Source of the DNA: Candidatus Obscuribacteraceae bacterium
GTDB taxonomy: Bacteria; Cyanobacteriota; Vampirovibrionia; Obscuribacterales; Obscuribacteraceae
Assembly (NCBI GenBank): GCA_044226015.1
Contig: JBGAHS010000008.1
Location: 320,001 to 384,000 of the forward strand
Length of the DNA: 64,000 nt
Direction of reading: 5' to 3'
Part shown: positions 1 through 8,907 of the stretch, one piece after another
How positions within the stretch are numbered: the stretch's first letter is position 1
Layout of the letters: each line of letters starts with the position of its first letter
Notes under the pieces: generated by a model
Told to the model about the DNA's origin: nothing
Database searches by the model: none
The model's input: the letters and a program-made list of their open reading frames with translations, nothing else
Translations under genes and position numbers: made by a program

Positions 1-480
1 ATGCCAAATCACATCGCCTTTTTTGACTTTTGCAAGATTTGCATGATGAAAGGCTTCGGATCCGCTTTTTGTTCTCTGCGGCGCCCATATAAAGCCGCCG
101 TCATGCTCTTCATGGTAGGTCTTGTTCTGGTTGACCCACCACCATGCCGTTGAGTGAGCTAATGACTCATTAACTTTCGAATCTTTCTGCGACGAATTTT
201 CCATCACTCTTTTTTCACCTGCCTCGGTGAGCTTCCAAACATTTCGCTCATCGCCTGCAATATGACCTAGCTTTACAAGGTCGTTTCGCGCCCAACGCAC
301 CATGTTTTCCCATTTATTTCTTTGAGGCTCGGAGTCCAAACTTTGATTTCGCTCTGCTGGAGTGAGCGCAAAAAATTCTGCCAGAAGCTCGTAGAGCTGC
401 GCAGGTTCTGCAGACCCTCCCAATTGATGCAGGTATTGCAAGAGAGAAATTTGGATGTCTTTGTACTTAGGAAAACTCAT
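1..480 (-). CDS. Mrr-N winged-helix plus EVE/PUA-like domain protein (modification-dependent restriction type); partial, runs off the left edge; not in the ORF track
   Basis: Manual translation from ATG at 480: MSFPKYKDIQISLLQYLHQLGGSAEPAQLYELLAEFFALTPAER...KWENMVRWARNDLVKLGHI...VWKLTEAG (Mrr_N-like), then WWWVNQNKTYHEEHDGGFIWAPQ...VKKGDVIWH (EVE/PUA-like). No stop before base 1. Confidence 0.8.
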   Translation of the reverse strand, partial: MSFPKYKDIQISLLQYLHQLGGSAEPAQLYELLAEFFALTPAERNQSLDSEPQRNKWENMVRWARNDLVKLGHIAGDERNVWKLTEAGEKRVMENSSQKDSKVNESLAHSTAWWWVNQNKTYHEEHDGGFIWAPQRTKSGSEAFHHANLAKVKKGDVIWH

Positions 481-642
481 ATTTGCCGTCCTGAAGCGTT
501 CATGTGAATTCTACTGCCACAGAGCGCGCTTGGCATCATCAATCAGCAACACTTCGTTGATGCCACCTCGGACCCCATCGAATTGAGCGAACACCTTCTG
601 CGTGGTCATTCTTAGGACATTTTTGGGGGATCAAAAGGGAAA

Positions 643-741
643 GGAAGGGGCCAACCCTTGGCCCTTTTCCTCTTGCCACCCTCTGAAGTCCGGTAGAGGC
701 TGGTTTTGTATTGCTGCTAAAAAGGGCCAATCGGGGCCAAC
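643..741. repeat. Integrase arm-type site candidates: inverted GGGGCCAA-ccc-TTGGCCC (643-670) and tandem GGGCCAA-tc-GGGGCCAA (719-741)
   Basis: Seen directly upstream of the integrase; a similar tandem pair AAAAGGGGCCAACTGGGGGCCACC occurs at 32081-32104. Confidence 0.6.
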
Positions 742-779
742 GCTGACTAAGACTGCATTTGAAGTGGAGTAGAAAGGAA

Positions 780-1997
780 ATGAGTGAGACAAAGCGAATC
801 AACTTTACTAAGAAGAACCTGGAGGACCTTGACTTGCCTGAAGAAGGCAAGAAGCAAGAGCGCTATTACGACACAAAAGCGAGAGGTCTGTTTGTTCTGG
901 TCACTGACGCCGGGATGAAGACCTTTTATGTGCGCCGCAAGGTTAAGGGCAAGTCGGAGTTGTTCCTGCTCGGCAGATTTCCAGAACTGACAGTGGAACA
1001 AGCTCGTGCTAAAGCTGGTGGCTTTCACGCGGCGGTGACCGAAGGTAAGAATGTAGTCGAGGCAAAACGTGCTGAGAAAGCCGAACTTACTCTGGGTGAG
1101 CTCTTTGACGAGTACATTGAACGTCATCTGAAAAAGAGCCGGAAGACATGGCAGGTTCAACAAGAAAATATTGAGCGCTATTTCGGTCCCTGGAAAAATC
1201 ACAAATTGTCTGCAATTACGAGAGAAGATGTAGAACTCCTGCACGGATCCCTTGGACGAAAGAGAGGTCACTACTCAGCAAACAGAGCGCTCGATCTCTT
1301 GCGGGCTGCATATAACAAAGCTATTCAGTGGCACATGTACAAAGGTGCAAATCCAGCCGTCGGCATTTCCGAGTTTAAAGAACAGCCACGCGAACGCGCT
1401 CTACAAGCCGATGAGATGGAACGTTTCTTTCAGGCACTGCAAACAGAAACTGATAACAATTTCAAGGACTTTATTCATCTTTGCCTGTATACGGGTCAAC
1501 GAAAATCAAATGTACTTGCAATGCGGTGGGCCGACATCGATTTCACAAGCAAGACCTGGACAATACCGGGAGAGAAAATGAAGAACGGTCAATCACTTGT
1601 GTTGGCATTGAGTCAATCTGAAATTGATCTTCTTGAAAAAAGACGCACGCTTGGAGAGTGGGTGTTTCCTGGCGCCGGGCGAACAGGACATTTTGTCGAG
1701 CCAAAGCGAGCCTGGCATCGATTGTTGAAGCGAGCGGAGATTGAGAATCTGCACGTTCATGATCTTCGGCGCAGCTTAGCCTCGTTCATGGCCAATGCTG
1801 GTGCTGATGTGTCACTGATCAAAAGCGCACTCAATCACAAGGACATTCAAACAACACTCAATGTTTATGTACGGACGGCGAAATCTGCTGAGCTGGATGC
1901 GCGAGAAAAGGCGCACAAGCTGATGGAGCAATTCGGCAAGAAGGACGAGAGCAAAATAGTCGATATCAAAAAGAAGCAAGCAGGAAAAGGAAAGTAA
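780..1997 (+). CDS. int: Tyrosine recombinase/integrase, P4-like with N-terminal arm-binding domain
   Basis: N-terminal YYDTKARGLFVLVTDAGMKTFYVRRKVKG; catalytic motifs TGQRKS (R), HDLRR, LNHKD and NVY. ATG at 780 follows AGAAAGGA. Confidence 0.95.
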   Translation: MSETKRINFTKKNLEDLDLPEEGKKQERYYDTKARGLFVLVTDAGMKTFYVRRKVKGKSELFLLGRFPELTVEQARAKAGGFHAAVTEGKNVVEAKRAEKAELTLGELFDEYIERHLKKSRKTWQVQQENIERYFGPWKNHKLSAITREDVELLHGSLGRKRGHYSANRALDLLRAAYNKAIQWHMYKGANPAVGISEFKEQPRERALQADEMERFFQALQTETDNNFKDFIHLCLYTGQRKSNVLAMRWADIDFTSKTWTIPGEKMKNGQSLVLALSQSEIDLLEKRRTLGEWVFPGAGRTGHFVEPKRAWHRLLKRAEIENLHVHDLRRSLASFMANAGADVSLIKSALNHKDIQTTLNVYVRTAKSAELDAREKAHKLMEQFGKKDESKIVDIKKKQAGKGK

Positions 1998-2084
1998 AAG
2001 TTACGCGTTAAGCGTCTGTTAAGCTACCAGGACACCTCAACCACTGGTCAAGCACCATATTTAGTGACGATAAAGCACTGCTGT

Positions 2085-2300
2085 TCTTATACTTGCCGAA
2101 GGAGTGAGCTGGAGCCCTGTTGCTAGCTGCCGGCAGGCATATGAGCGCAGCGACTGAATCGGCTTGGAGCATGTGCTAGGCTAGGAGCGGCAGACGGTGA
2201 AAGACATTTTTCAACTTGCCTCAGTCGGTCGCAGTCTGCCCGACAGCCGGAAAGCACAGGCTACAAGCCCAACCAATTTCCGAGGCTCGGCAGGTGAAGA
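2085..2300. ncRNA. Candidate structured non-coding element downstream of the integrase
   Basis: Four nested complementary pairs: 2085-2099/2287-2300, 2113-2124/2253-2262, 2130-2134/2246-2250 and 2189-2195/2234-2240. No ORF of 60 aa or more here. Confidence 0.35.
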
Positions 2301-2309
2301 GTGTGCAAC

Positions 2310-3080
2310 TTACTTTGTTGTTTCTTTCTGAGCTTCAGTCTTCCACAATTCAAGCTGCTCTATGTGTTCCTTTGGCAGATCATATTTCTTAGCTCCTTCA
2401 ATCATCATGTCAATGTAATTTTGTGTTGGCCAAACCGGGGAGGTCTGAAGTCTTTCTTTCCGTTGAACTATGTAAACGACTGCTGGCACCTTGGTCCCAT
2501 CGCTAAGTTCAATTTGCGGCTTTGGATTCAATGTTTCGTAAACGTGAGGATAGCCTTCCTGAGCGTTGATACCACTAAGATTGGTGGCCTTGAAAGCCAC
2601 GCCTGGCAATATCTTCCCGTCGGCTCGTTGAATATTAGCGGCTCCCGCTTTCCATCGGTCTTTGCTGTAGTAGTTCCAAATCAGCTCGTAATCTGGCAGA
2701 GTGGCACGACACGGTTGCGATATAACTGAGGCGTCAAAACCCTTTTCGGTCAATCGTTTGCAGAGACCATCAAAATCCATGTTGGAGCCGTAAGCGAAAA
2801 CCCATTGACTTTGTTGATTGCGTGATCCAATACGCAAAACACTGAGGCTTTCCAAATCTGTGTACAAGGAACATTCAATCCTTAAATCGCTTACTTGAAA
2901 CAACCAAAATATCGAGCCTTTCCCTTTTGGAGTAATAGCCATGCGACGACCACGTCCGCGAGGATCAAAAGTGTTTCCTTGATAGTACGAAAGGAATGCC
3001 AAGATTTCCTGTCGTTCGGAAGCCTCCAAAGACGCCAGTTCAGTTACAGCTTGTTCGTGAAATTCAACCTTCCAGTTCAA
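2310..3080 (-). CDS. Degenerate RelE/ParE-like domain fused to a gamma-glutamylcyclotransferase (GGCT/AIG2-like) domain
   Basis: Residues 1-87 WKVEFHEQAVTELASL...DPRGRG...FWLFQVSDLRIEC...VLRIGSR follow the RelE pattern. Then VFAYGSNM, G-A-A-N-I, QEGYP..Y and P.QNYIDMMIEGAKKYDLP..HIEQL are GGCT motifs. Confidence 0.8.
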   Translation of the reverse strand: MNWKVEFHEQAVTELASLEASERQEILAFLSYYQGNTFDPRGRGRRMAITPKGKGSIFWLFQVSDLRIECSLYTDLESLSVLRIGSRNQQSQWVFAYGSNMDFDGLCKRLTEKGFDASVISQPCRATLPDYELIWNYYSKDRWKAGAANIQRADGKILPGVAFKATNLSGINAQEGYPHVYETLNPKPQIELSDGTKVPAVVYIVQRKERLQTSPVWPTQNYIDMMIEGAKKYDLPKEHIEQLELWKTEAQKETTK

Positions 3081-3810
3081 AGCGCTTGCTGACCTCCTCC
3101 CACGAAATCAAGTTTTTTCTGGCAGCTCCGCGTTCGCTTGTCGTTTCGTCTCCATTTCCCCACATCTCTTGGTGCGGCGGATCCAAACTTACCCGGCCAA
3201 GATAGTTACAGAATCTAGTAACTAAGTGCTCTCTGTATGGTGGCAAAAGCTTGCATCGACGACGACTTAGTCTCTTCTGGGGCACTCGTTCCGAAATGCA
3301 GTTATAGAGCTCACTAGTAGGAATAGAAAAGTATTTTCTAAAATCAACAGCAAGGGGCGGGAGCCCCGTATTCAAATTGTCCTCACATCTGAGGACTTCG
3401 CACATGACGTGAAATCTCTCGTTGGCATTTGCTCGAATTGGCTTCCAGAGGTCGCTCCCTTGATTTAAGTTCTTTACGTGCTCAAGTACAGTCATTTGGC
3501 AAAGTAACACGCACGGCAAAAGATTCGCGGTTTTCTTTGCGATTTTTTGCCGCAATGCATCCTTTTCTGCGTCCCCAGCTTCTGCCAAAGCCCGTCTTAG
3601 GTCCTCCAACTCTTTGCGCAGATCATAGTCTTGCAATAAGTCGCAGTCTTGCGTAAGCACAATTGCAAGCGGATGCGCTTCTATTTCAATTTCCGGCTCT
3701 CCCGTCAGAACAGCCGACTCCGTTAATCGTGTTATCACAACATTTGAGAGAATCTCTCCTTGATAGAGACTCTCACCCAGATTGGAACGAGCATAGACGC
3801 CACTCGGCAA
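3064..3810 (-). CDS. Hypothetical protein with IVLTQDCDL motif, third gene of the TIGR04255 module
   Basis: LYQGEIL, IVLTQDCDL, LAVDFRKYFS and LLPPYREHLVTRFCNYLGRV, a pattern I associate with genes downstream of TIGR04255. Confidence 0.7.
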   Translation of the reverse strand: MPSGVYARSNLGESLYQGEILSNVVITRLTESAVLTGEPEIEIEAHPLAIVLTQDCDLLQDYDLRKELEDLRRALAEAGDAEKDALRQKIAKKTANLLPCVLLCQMTVLEHVKNLNQGSDLWKPIRANANERFHVMCEVLRCEDNLNTGLPPLAVDFRKYFSIPTSELYNCISERVPQKRLSRRRCKLLPPYREHLVTRFCNYLGRVSLDPPHQEMWGNGDETTSERGAARKNLISWEEVSKRFELEG

Positions 3811-3813
3811 TAT

Positions 3814-4092
3814 CTACTCCTCGCCAACCTGAAATTCTGGTCGCACAATTATACTCTTTACTTTGGCTTTGATCGGCTTTGCTACAGCAGCCTTCGGCTG
3901 CTTGAACTCATCCTCGGCTGCAATTTCTCGAACGAAATCTAGAACTCTCTCCAATGATTCTGATGGCAAATTTTGGACATACAGCAAAAGCTCCAACCGT
4001 TTAGGAGATAGTCCAAAGTCTGTGGAGAGAACCGGTTTATCGTCAGTCACGGCCTGCTGAATATGCCAAGAAAATGTCTCAAGGGTTTGCAT
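3814..4092 (-). CDS. Small hypothetical protein, middle gene of the TIGR04255 module
   Basis: Track ORF 3814-4206; the internal ATG at 4092 reduces the overlap with the upstream gene to 14 nt, and the stop lies 3 nt before the next start. Confidence 0.6.
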   Translation of the reverse strand: MQTLETFSWHIQQAVTDDKPVLSTDFGLSPKRLELLLYVQNLPSESLERVLDFVREIAAEDEFKQPKAAVAKPIKAKVKSIIVRPEFQVGEE

Positions 4093-4891
4093 TCTCGAGC
4101 TTTTCAATTGGCTCTGGATCCATTGCTTCGTGGAGCGTTCCTGTGATGCACCAGCGGAAGAGTCTTGTTGACCGCTTGTTGAATTCATGAGTTCGTTCGA
4201 TTGCATCTTTTACCTCAGTTCTCTGCTCGGTGTACGTATCGCTATCGATCACATAACTATGCTCGTCATCTTCGTTTTCCTTGTGGAGACCATGTTGAAG
4301 CAGAACTTTTCCACCTTTTACTTTTATGAGTATCTGCCTGTATGCAAGCTCAAAGTCGTCCTCCTTCAAATTTTTGTTTGCAAGTTCACCAACAATATGA
4401 GATTCGAATAGGTCGCACCATTTGGCATCTTGGAGATTGAGCTTACTTCTTGTTATAACATTTCGATATCGAAGTCCGACCCTGTCGAAAAATGCAGGCT
4501 TGTAGCACTTAGTCAGAGCTGAAAGGGCAACTTCCAGTTGTTCTCTAAATTCTTCCCATCGACGGTAAGCCTTAGTACTGACGGCCAAAAAATCCTTGTT
4601 TAAGGTGATAGTCCAGCCTCCATCAGCAGAACTGAATTGATGAGCCACATTTGCTATATTCCCAACAATCTCGGTGGGTAGCATGGGTACTAGCTGCTGC
4701 GGTATTGGCGACTCAAGCTTCCTCTTGTAAAGAGGGTAGGCGATCTTCAGCGTTTCGTCGCGCAAACAGTCCTGGAAATCCGCTGGTGACTTGGAGTCTA
4801 TCCGAAGAATAGTCGGGTACCTGAGCTGGCAGATCACTTCTTCCAGCGGGTTTTTGCGGTAAATGAATCGCTCGGTTTCTGGAAACGGCAT
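4079..4891 (-). CDS. TIGR04255 family protein
   Basis: YRKNPLEEVICQLRYP, Y.RWEEF, RVGLRYRNVI, YVIDSD and LFRWCIT signature blocks. Confidence 0.85.
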   Translation of the reverse strand: MPFPETERFIYRKNPLEEVICQLRYPTILRIDSKSPADFQDCLRDETLKIAYPLYKRKLESPIPQQLVPMLPTEIVGNIANVAHQFSSADGGWTITLNKDFLAVSTKAYRRWEEFREQLEVALSALTKCYKPAFFDRVGLRYRNVITRSKLNLQDAKWCDLFESHIVGELANKNLKEDDFELAYRQILIKVKGGKVLLQHGLHKENEDDEHSYVIDSDTYTEQRTEVKDAIERTHEFNKRSTRLFRWCITGTLHEAMDPEPIEKLENANP

Positions 4892-5129
4892 TTCAAAGCC
4901 AGATTAGGTTAGTAAAGCTCCATTCTACCCGACAAACAGGAAGAGTCCAGCCCCTACCGACGATCCAATTATCAGACCTTTCGAAGGGCTCCATTCTGTT
5001 GGACTATTGATGGATGCCATAAGAGATATATGTACAAAGCTCAGAACCCATTCACCTGTGTTAATACGACTGAGTCGCAGATGCTTAGAAAGCTCGCCGT
5101 TGATTGATGGCCGGTTCTCTTCCTATTTT

Positions 5130-5876
5130 TCATTTAGACCCGATTTCTGGAAGTTTGGCATCTGGAACAGGCTCCATCCGCTCAGCTGCCTGAATACCAG
5201 GATAGGTCAGCTCGTATACAACGCCACTGATATATTCAACGAGTCCTGCGCTGACAAGCTGATCAATTGCGTGAAGAAATAACTTGCGCTGTTTTTCAGA
5301 ATCATCAAAGGCATAGCCCTTGATACTTATTCTTTTCCCAGCACTCAGCGTTGCGTCAACTGCCAGAATTCTATTATTGTCCTGCAACGCTCGAGTCATG
5401 ATTACCCGTTTTGCAAGAGCCAGGTCATCTTCAATTTCAGGAACTGCAATTGAGGTTCCGCCAACCCCAATTACCTCAGCTAAATCTGCTGCTAATCTCA
5501 GGATCCCGTTTTCAGTATTTCCGGCATACAGCATTGATAAGCTTGGCGAAACCGCTTTTACTTCTTTAGCAGTTACCTTGTGCCAGACTGGCAAAATAAC
5601 CTTTACTGCATCTGCCATTTCTCTTGCTAGAAGACCGTCTAGTTCATATTGCGGCCAGTTCTTTTTGAAAAACTCCGGGCTCAGAACTACAATTCCATAT
5701 CGTGATTTCGAAAGTCCCTCATCTATTTTTCTGCGCAGGCTATCGCCAATTTTTATCACAGATTTGTCTAGCCAAACATTTAGTCCGAGCTTTTGAAGCT
5801 CATTTGCAAGAGGCTCTACTACGTCAACTTTATCTTCAGACGCATGGCAAATGAACACATCGAATTCGAAAGTCAT
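5130..5876 (-). CDS. TIR-domain protein with C-terminal winged-helix-like domain (copy 2)
   Basis: FDVFICHASEDK, GDSLRRKIDEGL, WPQYELDGL (catalytic Glu position) and ILPVWH. Confidence 0.9.
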   Translation of the reverse strand: MTFEFDVFICHASEDKVDVVEPLANELQKLGLNVWLDKSVIKIGDSLRRKIDEGLSKSRYGIVVLSPEFFKKNWPQYELDGLLAREMADAVKVILPVWHKVTAKEVKAVSPSLSMLYAGNTENGILRLAADLAEVIGVGGTSIAVPEIEDDLALAKRVIMTRALQDNNRILAVDATLSAGKRISIKGYAFDDSEKQRKLFLHAIDQLVSAGLVEYISGVVYELTYPGIQAAERMEPVPDAKLPEIGSK

Positions 5877-5889
5877 GAGTTATCCTCGT

Positions 5890-6636
5890 TTACTTCATAC
5901 CTACGTCCAAAATCCTGTCTTTGGGAACTGGCTCCATTCGTTCGGCAGCTTGGATACCAGGATAAGCAACTGCATACATTACGCCATCGGCGTGGGCTAC
6001 AAGTCCAGCTTTCATAAGCTCCTCAAGTGCGTACAGAAACAATTGGCGTTGTTTCTCGGAGCCGTCAAATGAGTAACCACCTATAGATATTCGCTTCCCT
6101 ACGTTTACTTTGACGTCAAGCTTAGCTATCTTGTTTTCGACTTTTAGAGCTTCGGTCAAAATGATTCGTTTTGCAACTGATATGTCATCTTCTATTTCAG
6201 GCACTGCGATTGATTTATCGCCCACTCCGATGACATCAGCCAACTCGGCTGCCAAATGCGGAATGCCATTTGCGGTATTGCCAGCTAATAGCATCGATAA
6301 TGAAGGCGAAACGGCTCTTACGTCCTTTGCAGATAAGTTATGCCAGACTGGTAGAACGACTTTCACAGCATCAGCCATTTCTCTTGCAAAAAGCCCATCA
6401 AGCTCATATTGCGTCCAGTTTTTCTTGAAAAACTCGGGGCTTAGAACTACGATCCCGTATCTTGATTTACTAAGCCCTTCATCGATTTTTCTGCGCAAGC
6501 TATCGCCTATTCTTAAGACAAATTTGTCGAGCCAAACCTTTAGACCGAGCCTCAGAAGCTCCTGCCCTAAGGGTTCAACCACCTCGGCTTTGTCTTCAGA
6601 AGCGTGGCATATGAACACGTCGTATTCGTAGGACAT
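5890..6636 (-). CDS. TIR-domain protein with C-terminal winged-helix-like domain (copy 1)
   Basis: YDVFICHASEDK and WTQYELDGL; same length (248 aa) as its neighbour and colinear with it. Confidence 0.9.
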   Translation of the reverse strand: MSYEYDVFICHASEDKAEVVEPLGQELLRLGLKVWLDKFVLRIGDSLRRKIDEGLSKSRYGIVVLSPEFFKKNWTQYELDGLFAREMADAVKVVLPVWHNLSAKDVRAVSPSLSMLLAGNTANGIPHLAAELADVIGVGDKSIAVPEIEDDISVAKRIILTEALKVENKIAKLDVKVNVGKRISIGGYSFDGSEKQRQLFLYALEELMKAGLVAHADGVMYAVAYPGIQAAERMEPVPKDRILDVGMK

Positions 6637-6817
6637 TGATACCTCGGGACAACTTGCAATACATAGATAATCGATCTCATATCACGGATGCGCAAGAGAT
6701 CTACTTGATATATCCTGGGTGCCGCAAGACTCGAAAGATTGACAGCCGGACTGCTCCGCGACTTGGTTACTTTCTTTTCAGGATTTGATGGAGATGAATA
6801 ACAATCAACTCGATGGC

Positions 6818-8095
6818 TCATATTGGCACATGGAATGCTAGCACCGTCAACGTGAGGGTCTTTGCTGAATCGCCTGCATGGCAGAATTTATAGCGAAATG
6901 CACAATCATCACCGTAATTCAATTGAGAAATACACTGTTTGTGCTGCCGAGTCTCTGTTTTCAGTTTCTCTAGAACACTACTGAAATCTTTATTCCTGCA
7001 GAAGACAATGATGGCAATCTTGGTATCATGCCAAGACACATATTTGAATAACTGATCTATGGCGTCCTGATAGTTCGCTTCCCCGGTCCAGTATTTGCAT
7101 TCTGCAATGAAAAGATTTTTTCCTTTGTGTTTGATGACAATGTCAGTTTTGCCGCCGACGTTGAATGTCTCACCTGTAGCCTGTCCCTCAAACACGCCGT
7201 TAAGTTGAACCAGAAAATGAAACCGGAGATCTTCCTCCGGAATCTTCTGAAAAGCGTGAGGACTGAGCTCCATTACTTTTGCCATGTTTCGGCAAATCGC
7301 AAGGATTTCGTCGTATGTAGCTACTTCTAGGGAAGGGTCCATCACTTTTGTTGAACTGACCTTAATCTGTTCAACTGCCGAAAGTTTTTTTCGAACGATA
7401 GGTTGTGCCACATTTGATGGCTGGCTTTCACGCTTTCGAATTTTGAATCCAAGTTCTTGCACCAGCAAGTTCTGGCTTGTTAGATCCGTTTGTCGCTTCT
7501 GAATTAGCTGGAGTCCTTCAGTTTGAAGCCAATTATTGAATCCGGTAACTTGATTCATGGCGCCATTCATGCAGTGTTTAAGTCCAGAGAATCGCTCATT
7601 CTTCAACTTAAGTATTGATTGCTGAGTAAACTTTACAGCGTCTTCAAAGGTGATATGGACTTCAGAAGCAAGTATTTCTCCAGTCAACGGAACATTAGTG
7701 TAGTTAAGTGGTTTGTATGCAAAGAGTTCCTTGGTTCCTTTGTATGGTATTGCCAGCTTGATAAAGAAGCCATCGACCAAGGGTTCGGCGTCCTCATCGA
7801 CAACCCAGAATCGATGGTCGCCCCTCACGTTGATTTTTTTTGAGCCTTGCTCAACTATTTCAGGAGCGTCAAAATCAAGCAAGATCGGCTGCAATTCAAA
7901 TTTAGAAAGAAGCCAACCAAGTATCTCGTCCTCAGGATTGTCTAGCTCTTGTTGGGTCAATTCGAAGATCCAACTACGTGATTCCTTCTTTCGAGCCTCC
8001 AGAAACTCATAGAGATCTTCTCCTGAAAATAGCGTTTGGTCCGGCATAGAAATACTCATAATTTTTCCGAGAATGTAACACTGTAGGGGGATCAT
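6818..8095 (-). CDS. Protein with C-terminal PD-(D/E)XK restriction-like nuclease domain; true start probably a later Met
   Basis: EEDLR...GETFNVGGKTDIVI...FIAECKYW...AIDQLFKY gives an E..D..ExK..Q arrangement. Confidence 0.75.
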   Translation of the reverse strand: MIPLQCYILGKIMSISMPDQTLFSGEDLYEFLEARKKESRSWIFELTQQELDNPEDEILGWLLSKFELQPILLDFDAPEIVEQGSKKINVRGDHRFWVVDEDAEPLVDGFFIKLAIPYKGTKELFAYKPLNYTNVPLTGEILASEVHITFEDAVKFTQQSILKLKNERFSGLKHCMNGAMNQVTGFNNWLQTEGLQLIQKRQTDLTSQNLLVQELGFKIRKRESQPSNVAQPIVRKKLSAVEQIKVSSTKVMDPSLEVATYDEILAICRNMAKVMELSPHAFQKIPEEDLRFHFLVQLNGVFEGQATGETFNVGGKTDIVIKHKGKNLFIAECKYWTGEANYQDAIDQLFKYVSWHDTKIAIIVFCRNKDFSSVLEKLKTETRQHKQCISQLNYGDDCAFRYKFCHAGDSAKTLTLTVLAFHVPI

Positions 8096-8149
8096 AGCTC
8101 ATGATCACAACCATTTAACAGAAGATTCCCCCCGCTGTTTGCCTATAGC

Positions 8150-8188
8150 AAAAAAATACCCGCGCCCGATTATGGACGCGGGTATTTT
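8150..8188 (-). terminator. Intrinsic terminator, possibly bidirectional, after the J-domain gene
   Basis: AAAATACCCGCG-12nt-CGCGGGTATTTT hairpin with a T7 tract on the minus strand. Confidence 0.85.
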
Positions 8189-8196
8189 GAGAGAAA

Positions 8197-8907
8197 TTAG
8201 AAGGGACAGGGACGCAAGTGTTCGACCTTCGCGGATAAGGAGAATTCGGCGCCAGGGCGTACACTCGGTTCATATCGTTTGTTGAAGCCGCCGATTAGCA
8301 GAAACACGAAGATGGCGGCGAGAGCCATTGAGATTCTCCAGCGAAGTTGCTGCTCAGTGAAGGGTTGGTTCGTCACCTGTGCTTTGGCTTTCCCGGCCCA
8401 GGCGGCAGCTGCATGGGCCGTAGCTGCTTGTCGTGCTTTCTCCAGAGCCTCCTTTAGGGCCGCTTCCTGAGCTTCTTCTGCGCGTCGGCGACGTTCGGCT
8501 TCTTGAGCGCGGGCTTCCTGTTCGCGCCACTGCTCGTAAGTGGTCTTTTCCCGTTGAGAGCCACCTGGATTCGAATAACCCGCACTGCCGCCAGCGTGTC
8601 CATTGCCAGCAGATTGTCCGTAGCCCGTGTTCGGGTTTTGGCCGTTTCCTGTTTGCTGGTTGAATGCTGTTGGCCGGCACTCGCATTCGGGTCCTTGCCG
8701 GTGTCCAGATTCGAAATGCTTCTTGATGCAATCGAAGGCGTTGTTGATTTGCTTCAATTCTTCTTCGGCTGTACGTCGTCCCTCGGGGGTGGGCATCCTG
8801 TCCGGATGCCACACCATTGCGAGTTGTCGATATCTTTTCTTCATTGTATCGAGCGATGTGCCTGGTGCAATGCCAAGTTTCTGATATGCCGCTTGGATTT
8901 TGTTCAT
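8197..8907 (-). CDS. DnaJ (J-domain) membrane-anchored protein
   Basis: AYQKLGI...KKRYRQLAMVWHPDR...LKQINNAF, then a Gly/Asn linker, a coiled region and a C-terminal TM segment. Start overlaps the upstream stop (TAATG at 8909-8905). Confidence 0.85.
   Translation of the reverse strand: MNKIQAAYQKLGIAPGTSLDTMKKRYRQLAMVWHPDRMPTPEGRRTAEEELKQINNAFDCIKKHFESGHRQGPECECRPTAFNQQTGNGQNPNTGYGQSAGNGHAGGSAGYSNPGGSQREKTTYEQWREQEARAQEAERRRRAEEAQEAALKEALEKARQAATAHAAAAWAGKAKAQVTNQPFTEQQLRWRISMALAAIFVFLLIGGFNKRYEPSVRPGAEFSLSAKVEHLRPCPF

Noticed and set aside
481..620. Left att core copy of the tRNA-Arg fragment
   Set aside because: No match found by eye; only an unrelated TGGCATCA/TGATGCCA inverted repeat at about 531-565.
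5067..5077. GACTGAGTC palindrome also at 31986-31994, both upstream of defence genes
   Set aside because: Only 9-11 bp and at different distances from the starts, so chance cannot be excluded.
5130..6636. Canonical Thoeris call
   Set aside because: No adjacent SIR2-SLOG or TM-Macro thsA; the LOG gene lies more than 32 kb away.
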